From positions 5,662-69,661 of the forward strand of contig JAVBLL010000008.1 of the NCBI GenBank assembly GCA_031553555.1: DNA of 64,000 nt, in the 5' to 3' direction. How positions within the stretch are numbered: the stretch's first letter is position 1; each line of letters begins with the position of its first letter. The stretch comes from Bacilli bacterium. Its GTDB lineage: Bacteria > Bacillota_I > Bacilli_A > ML615J-28 > CAG-698. Both the position numbers and the translations under genes were made by a program. The notes beneath the pieces were generated by a model that saw only the letters and a list, made by a program, of their open reading frames with translations, was not told the DNA's origin and made no database searches. Shown here one piece after another: positions 58,523 to 64,000 of this stretch.

Positions 58523-60268
58523 ATGAAAACAATAATAGATATTTTAACAGCTAAACTTAACGATGCTTTTAAAACAAATAATTACGAAGGACCATTTGGG
58601 ACTGTAAATATTTCAAGTCGCCCAGATCTTTGCCAATTCCAATGTAATGGTAGTTTTGCGGCTGCTAAGATCTATAAGAAAGCTCCATTTGTCATAGCTG
58701 AAGAAGTCGTATCAACACTAGTAAATGATGCAATATTTAAAAATATTCAAGTTGAAAAACCAGGATTTATCAATATCAATATATCAGATGACTATTTAAT
58801 AGCGATACTCAAAGAAGTAACGAGTGATCCACATATGGGGATTACCCAGATTACTGATGAAACAATCGTAATTGATTATGGGGGGGCAAATGTTGCCAAA
58901 CCATTACATATCGGGCACTTGCGTACGGCTATTATTGGTGAATCATTAAAAAGAATTGCTAGAAGTACGGGAAGAACAGCCGTAGGCGACGTCCATTTAG
59001 GTGACTGGGGTTTACCAATGGGGTTAGTAATTGCGGAGATGACTGAAAGATATCCTGACTGGAAGTGCTTTTCCGAATCATTTGATCCAAATGTCGATAA
59101 AATTGCAACTCTTGATGTTAATACCTTAAATGAAATATACCCGTTTGCTAGTAAAAAAAGTTCTCAAAATGAAGACTTTAAACTTAAAGCTCAAAATATA
59201 ACTGCAAAACTACAAAATCATCATCCTGGTTATTATGCTTTATGGCAAGAGATAATAAAAATTTCTAAAATAGATATGAAAAAAAGTTATGATAGACTGA
59301 ATGTTGAATTTGATTACTGGTATGGTGAATATGATTCTGAAGATTATATTCCAGAGTTAATTGAAGTTTTAAATGATAACAATTTATTATATGAAAGTAA
59401 TGGGGCTATGGTTGTTGATGTAAAAGAAGACAACGACAAAGTAGACATTCCGCCAATTATTATCAAAAAGTCTAATAACGCTAATGTTTATGCAACTACT
59501 GATTTAGCAACTATCATTCAACGTGAGAAATATTTTCATCCTAATGGTATTTGGTATGTAGTTGATAGTCGTCAAAGTTTACATTTCAATCAAGTCTTTC
59601 GTTGTGCCAAAAAAGCTGGTCTTGTCCCACAAACTACTAAGCTAATCCATGCTGCAAATGGAACGATAAATGGTAGCGATGGAAAACCATATAAAACCCG
59701 TGAAGGCGGGATTATGCAATTATCAACATTTATTGACATAATTATTGAAACAATTTCAAAAAATCCTAATAATGAAATTAATTGTGATAATGATATAAAT
59801 AAAAAACTAGCAATTGCCGCTATCAAATTTGGTGATTTAATAAATCATCGAAGTAAAGATTATATTTTCGACATTGATAAATTCACATCCCCCGAGGGAA
59901 AAACGGGCGTTTATATTTTATATATGCTTGCAAGAATGAATTCAATCATAAAAAAGCTTGATGAAGAAAAAGTGAATAATGCTATGCTTTATAATATTTA
60001 TAGTGATACAGAACGAGATATCATATTAAATGTTATTCAATTAAATGATGTTTTTACTAAATCATTTAATGAGCAGGCGCCAAACTATATTTGTGAGAAC
60101 TTATATCAACTGTCCGTTCTGTTTTCAAAATTTTACCATGATAATCATATAATAAAAGAAGCGGATATTCAAAAACAATTATCTTGGATAAAATTAATAC
60201 TTATTATAAGAGAAGCAATTCTAAAGCAGTTATATGCTTTAGGAATTGAAGCAGTTGAGGCAATGTAG
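58523..60268 (+). CDS. argS: Arginine--tRNA ligase
   Basis: DYGGANVAKPLHIGHLR (HIGH), HLGDWG, YATTDLA, YKTREG, EGKTGVY. Confidence 0.96.
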   Translation: MKTIIDILTAKLNDAFKTNNYEGPFGTVNISSRPDLCQFQCNGSFAAAKIYKKAPFVIAEEVVSTLVNDAIFKNIQVEKPGFININISDDYLIAILKEVTSDPHMGITQITDETIVIDYGGANVAKPLHIGHLRTAIIGESLKRIARSTGRTAVGDVHLGDWGLPMGLVIAEMTERYPDWKCFSESFDPNVDKIATLDVNTLNEIYPFASKKSSQNEDFKLKAQNITAKLQNHHPGYYALWQEIIKISKIDMKKSYDRLNVEFDYWYGEYDSEDYIPELIEVLNDNNLLYESNGAMVVDVKEDNDKVDIPPIIIKKSNNANVYATTDLATIIQREKYFHPNGIWYVVDSRQSLHFNQVFRCAKKAGLVPQTTKLIHAANGTINGSDGKPYKTREGGIMQLSTFIDIIIETISKNPNNEINCDNDINKKLAIAAIKFGDLINHRSKDYIFDIDKFTSPEGKTGVYILYMLARMNSIIKKLDEEKVNNAMLYNIYSDTERDIILNVIQLNDVFTKSFNEQAPNYICENLYQLSVLFSKFYHDNHIIKEADIQKQLSWIKLILIIREAILKQLYALGIEAVEAM

Positions 60269-60269
60269 T

Positions 60270-61031
60270 ATGGATAGACTACAAAAATATATGGCTCAAA
60301 GTGGTGTGGCATCACGAAGACATTCAGAAGAACTGATTAAAGAGGGCAAGGTTTCAGTGAATGGAGAAGTTATCACTGAAATGGGATACAAAGTAAAAAA
60401 TTCAGATATAATTACAGTAAATGGCATACCCATTGCTAAAGAAGAATATAAATATTATGTCATTAATAAACCACGTTACATATTAAGTACTGTAAGTGAT
60501 GATAAAGGGCGCAAAACGGTAATATCAATATTACCAAGCGAATTGCTTAGGTATCGTTTATTCCCAGTAGGCAGATTAGATTATGACACTAAAGGTATAT
60601 TGCTTTTAACTAATGACGGCAATTTTATGAATGCATTAGTTGGTCCACAAACACATACAGAAAAAGAATACTTAGTAAGAGTTGAAGGAATTGTCACAAA
60701 AGAAGAAGTTAAAAAATTGTCTGAAGGCGTAAAAATTGATAATTATACGACTAGGAAATGTCAAGCTTTTATAGATTCAGTAGATGGTAAAAATAAATCT
60801 AGTTTGCTTAGATTGGTCCTTCAAGAAGGTAAATATCATCAAGTGAAAAGAATGGTTGAAGCTATCGGTCATCCAGCCAAAAACCTCACGAGAGTGCGTT
60901 TTGGGTGTGTAAAACTGGAGGATTTATCTGAGGGAACGGTTAGAGAATTATCGATTTCTGAAATTCGTAGTCTTTTAAATGATTCAAAAAAAGAAAAAAC
61001 ATATGTTCAAAAGAAAGTTAGAAAAATTTAA
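60270..61031 (+). CDS. rluB: 23S rRNA pseudouridine synthase B
   Basis: MDRLQKYMAQSGVASRR S4 domain, PVGRLDYDTKG.LLLTNDG, EGKYHQVKRM. Confidence 0.9.
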   Translation: MDRLQKYMAQSGVASRRHSEELIKEGKVSVNGEVITEMGYKVKNSDIITVNGIPIAKEEYKYYVINKPRYILSTVSDDKGRKTVISILPSELLRYRLFPVGRLDYDTKGILLLTNDGNFMNALVGPQTHTEKEYLVRVEGIVTKEEVKKLSEGVKIDNYTTRKCQAFIDSVDGKNKSSLLRLVLQEGKYHQVKRMVEAIGHPAKNLTRVRFGCVKLEDLSEGTVRELSISEIRSLLNDSKKEKTYVQKKVRKI

Positions 61032-61099
61032 AGTAGAAAATGTTTGAAGTATTAATTATTTTATGATATAATAATATACGTAGGTTTTGAGGTGTTTCT

Positions 61100-63334
61100 A
61101 TGAATTGGCAAATTGCAATTGATGGGCCAGCGGCTGCTGGAAAAAGTACTATCGCGAAAATACTTGCTCAAAAATTTGGATTTGAATATCTAGATACTGG
61201 CGCAATGTATCGTGCAGCGACTATCAAAGCACTATCTTTAGGTATAGATTTGGATGATGAATCGAAATATGATTTTATAACTAATACTGCCATTGATTTT
61301 ATTGATAATAAAATTCATCTTGATGGCAAAGATGTTAGTTCTGAAATCAGATCTCTAGAAGTCTCTAATAATGTTTCTGTTGTTTGCAAATATAAAATTG
61401 TTCGTGATCGTATGGTCGAATTACAACAAAAAATTGCTGCTTCAAAAAACATTGTAATGGATGGAAGAGATATCGGAACAGTTGTCCTCCCTAAGGCTAC
61501 GATAAAAATCTTTTTAGTAGCAACTCCGGAAGAAAGAGCACGTAGACGTATGCAAGAACGCATTGTTAATGGTACTAATACACAGACATTGGAAGAAACA
61601 ATTAAAGAAATCTGCGAGCGTGATTATAAAGATTCACATCGCGATATTGCTCCGCTTAAACGAGCAGATGACGCGATTGAAATCGATTCATCACAGTTAA
61701 GCATAAATGAGGTAGTGGACACCATTACCCGCATAGTTACAGAGAGAGGTTGGAACATGGAAGACGTTAAAGTAGTTAACGAAGTAGCTGAAGAGGCTAC
61801 AAAAGAAGAATCACAAGAAGCTGCAGCAGCTGAAGCAGCTCAAAACAATGCAGCTGAAAATGCACAAAATCCTTCAGAAATTAAAGAACTACAAGTAGTT
61901 GAAGGAACAGTTGTCAAAGTTTTGGAAGCTGAACCAGAATTAAAAAATAAAAAAGGCGAAGTTGTTAAAAAAGCAAAAGACGCTCGCGTTGTTGTTCAAC
62001 TGGATAATGGTCCAGAAGGATATTTATTTATTAAGGATGTTGCAGGAGTTCAAGATGAGGAAGATTTATTCATGGAATTCATTGAAGGAGATCGTGTCAG
62101 ATTAGTTGTTAAAAAGGTGTACCCTGATGGTGGTAAAGTTTTACTATCAGCAACACTAATTGAAAAACGTGAAAATTTAAAATCCTATCAAACAATCATT
62201 GATAATCATGGAATTATTACAGCAAAAGTTATAAGAAGCATTTCTGTAGGTTTAGTGTTAGATCATGAAGGGTATTCATGCTTATTACCAACTAGCCAAT
62301 TAAACATTCCTCAAGAAAAGTTAACTGAAATCGTCGGACAAGAAATTGTAGTTGCTCCTATTAGAGTTGACTATAATAGAATACGTTTAATCGTTTCTCA
62401 AAAAGTTGCTGATGCAATCATTGAAAAGAAAGAAAAAACAGGTTTTCTTGATACTATTAAAATTGGAGATATTTTTGATGGTATTGTAAAAAATATTGAA
62501 GATTATGGAGCTTTTATCGAAATCGGTAAAGGAATAGAAGGCCTACTACATATTTCCGAACTTGAACATAATAAACTTGTTAAAGTAGAAAAAATCATGA
62601 AACCTGGTGATACTGTAAAAGTTCAAGTCATCAAAATTCATAAAGATCATATTGGCTTATCTAGAAAAGCATTATTACCAAATCATTGGCAAACATTCAT
62701 TGATAAGACAAAAGTTGGTGATTTAGTAACTGGTAACATTGAAGAAATTAATGACTCTGGAATAGTTGTTCTTGTTGATGGAAAAGTTCAAGCTTTCCTA
62801 CCAAAAAGTGAAATTTCTTGGGATAGAGAAATGAGTAATGCCATTAATTTCACTATTGGTCAAGAAGTGACTTTAACTATTATCGAAATTAATACAATTA
62901 AAAAACGTGTTATCTTATCTAAAAAGCAATTGACTCCTAATCCATGGGAAGTTATGAGTTTGAAAGTTGGCGATGAAGTATCTTGCCAAGTTATTCAAGA
63001 AATTAATGAAGGAGTAAAATTATTAGTCGAAGGTGCTAGTGCTTTTATGCCTAAGAGTTTCTTTGGTACAAAGACTACATTTACACCAGGTGAAGAATTC
63101 ACGGCAAAAGTCAAAGTTTTTGATAATAGCAAGCACAAATTGATTATTTCTTTGAAAGAAGAACAACCAAATCAAGCAAGACCTGCTAAACCAAATTATG
63201 AAAGAAATAATTATAATAATAACAATTATAATAATTATAATAATAGATCAAATAACAACAACAATAGTAATAATAAACAAGAAAAAATATCTGGAACATT
63301 CGCTGATTTCATCAATCTTGATGATTTTAAATAA
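61100..63334 (+). CDS. cmk: Cytidylate kinase fused to ribosomal protein S1 (Cmk-RpsA)
   Basis: IAIDGPAAAGKST, DTGAMYR, MDGRDIGTVV, followed in frame by multiple S1 domains (YGAFI..GIEGLLHISEL, LSRKAL, LSKKQL). Confidence 0.92.
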   Translation: MNWQIAIDGPAAAGKSTIAKILAQKFGFEYLDTGAMYRAATIKALSLGIDLDDESKYDFITNTAIDFIDNKIHLDGKDVSSEIRSLEVSNNVSVVCKYKIVRDRMVELQQKIAASKNIVMDGRDIGTVVLPKATIKIFLVATPEERARRRMQERIVNGTNTQTLEETIKEICERDYKDSHRDIAPLKRADDAIEIDSSQLSINEVVDTITRIVTERGWNMEDVKVVNEVAEEATKEESQEAAAAEAAQNNAAENAQNPSEIKELQVVEGTVVKVLEAEPELKNKKGEVVKKAKDARVVVQLDNGPEGYLFIKDVAGVQDEEDLFMEFIEGDRVRLVVKKVYPDGGKVLLSATLIEKRENLKSYQTIIDNHGIITAKVIRSISVGLVLDHEGYSCLLPTSQLNIPQEKLTEIVGQEIVVAPIRVDYNRIRLIVSQKVADAIIEKKEKTGFLDTIKIGDIFDGIVKNIEDYGAFIEIGKGIEGLLHISELEHNKLVKVEKIMKPGDTVKVQVIKIHKDHIGLSRKALLPNHWQTFIDKTKVGDLVTGNIEEINDSGIVVLVDGKVQAFLPKSEISWDREMSNAINFTIGQEVTLTIIEINTIKKRVILSKKQLTPNPWEVMSLKVGDEVSCQVIQEINEGVKLLVEGASAFMPKSFFGTKTTFTPGEEFTAKVKVFDNSKHKLIISLKEEQPNQARPAKPNYERNNYNNNNYNNYNNRSNNNNNSNNKQEKISGTFADFINLDDFK

Positions 63335-63346
63335 TAAGGTTTATAT

Positions 63347-64000
63347 ATGCGTGGAGTAGTTGCCATAGTTGGTAGACCCAATGTTGGAAAATCTAGTTTG
63401 TTCAATCGAATAATAGGTGAGCGATTATCAATTACCGATGATGCCAGCGGCGTCACTAGAGATCGAATTTATGGTAAGGCTTCATGGTTAAATCAAGAAT
63501 TTTCGGTTATTGACACAGGGGGGATCATCTTAAAAGATGAGCCCTTTTCTAAAGAAATCAGAGCCCAGGCTGAACTTGCCATTGATGAAGCCAGTGTTAT
63601 TGTGATGGTTGTTGATGCAAGAACCGGAATCACCTCGGAAGATGAAGATGTTATTAGACTTTTAAATAAAAGTGATAAACCACTTATAGTTGCCGCTAAT
63701 AAAGTTGATGATATTACCTTAAAAGATACGATATATGACTTTTATGCAATGGGATGCGAATGTGTCATTGCTATAAGTGCCTTACATGGAATCGGGGTTG
63801 GCGATTTACTTGATGAAATTATTAAAGTCATGCCTCAAAAGAAGTACCGTGATTATGAAGAAGGCACAATAAAATTTTGTTTAATTGGACAACCAAATGT
63901 CGGTAAATCAACTTTAGTAAATGCCATTGTTGGAGAACAACGAGTAATTGTCAGTGATATTCCGGGTACTACTAGAGATGCTATTGATATTGTTTTCACG
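63347..64000 (+). CDS. der: Ribosome biogenesis GTPase Der, partial (runs off window)
   Basis: MRGVVAIVGRPNVGKSSLFNR, GVTRDRIY, DTGG, NKVD, second G1 GQPNVGKSTL and GTTRDAID. Confidence 0.96.
   Translation, partial: MRGVVAIVGRPNVGKSSLFNRIIGERLSITDDASGVTRDRIYGKASWLNQEFSVIDTGGIILKDEPFSKEIRAQAELAIDEASVIVMVVDARTGITSEDEDVIRLLNKSDKPLIVAANKVDDITLKDTIYDFYAMGCECVIAISALHGIGVGDLLDEIIKVMPQKKYRDYEEGTIKFCLIGQPNVGKSTLVNAIVGEQRVIVSDIPGTTRDAIDIVFT

Noticed and set aside
5443-63456. All minus-strand ORFs and short alternative-frame plus-strand ORFs in the track (60-130 aa)
   Set aside because: They overlap well-supported genes, lack RBS and motifs, and look like shadow ORFs.
1-64000. Mycoplasma-type genetic code (TGA = Trp)
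   Set aside because: Long genes are intact under code 11, Trp uses TGG, and TGA terminates miaA, spmB and the S41 gene at expected lengths.

Overview
A 64-kb, very AT-rich Bacillota-type chromosomal segment (standard code: TGA ends miaA, spmB and the S41 gene) in which every credible gene is on the + strand. Left flank (1-14426): ileS 3' end, deoC-deoD, ymfF/ymfH M16 peptidases, YihY-family gene, pdaA, three tandem secreted phosphodiester-glycosidase (NAGPA-like) paralogs and rlmD. An accessory island of about 22 kb follows the 3' end of rlmD. It has no integrase but is punctuated by three spare, diverged copies of an RlmD C-terminus (HVETIVLL-like, at 23339, 30874 and 32020), which split it into four cassettes. 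(1) CoiA-like nuclease, S41 peptidase, and a leader-peptide/attenuator-controlled ATPase plus two ABC exporters. (2) M.Sau3AI-like Dcm, a stand-alone non-catalytic Sau3AI C-terminal domain, a ParB-like protein, a PLD-SNF2 helicase and two frameshifted genes. (3) A PD-(D/E)XK nuclease plus an 80-aa repeat protein. (4) A 1140-aa helicase-nuclease plus a membrane protein. Next come recQ, a J-domain/Sel1 protein, and a five-gene operon (lipoprotein, HPrK-like kinase, nucleotidyltransferase, PqqD/RRE, S26 peptidase) resembling RiPP machinery without a cyclase or short precursor. The right flank is core: ABC-2 pair, truB-ribF-mtnN, L21 leader-rplU-prp-rpmA, obgE, ECF S component, mutS-mutL-miaA, dacB-spmA-spmB, argS, rluB, a cmk-rpsA fusion with an internal start signal, and partial der. 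No rRNA, tRNA, CRISPR array or transposase was seen. All family calls come from motif recognition by eye, not database searches.
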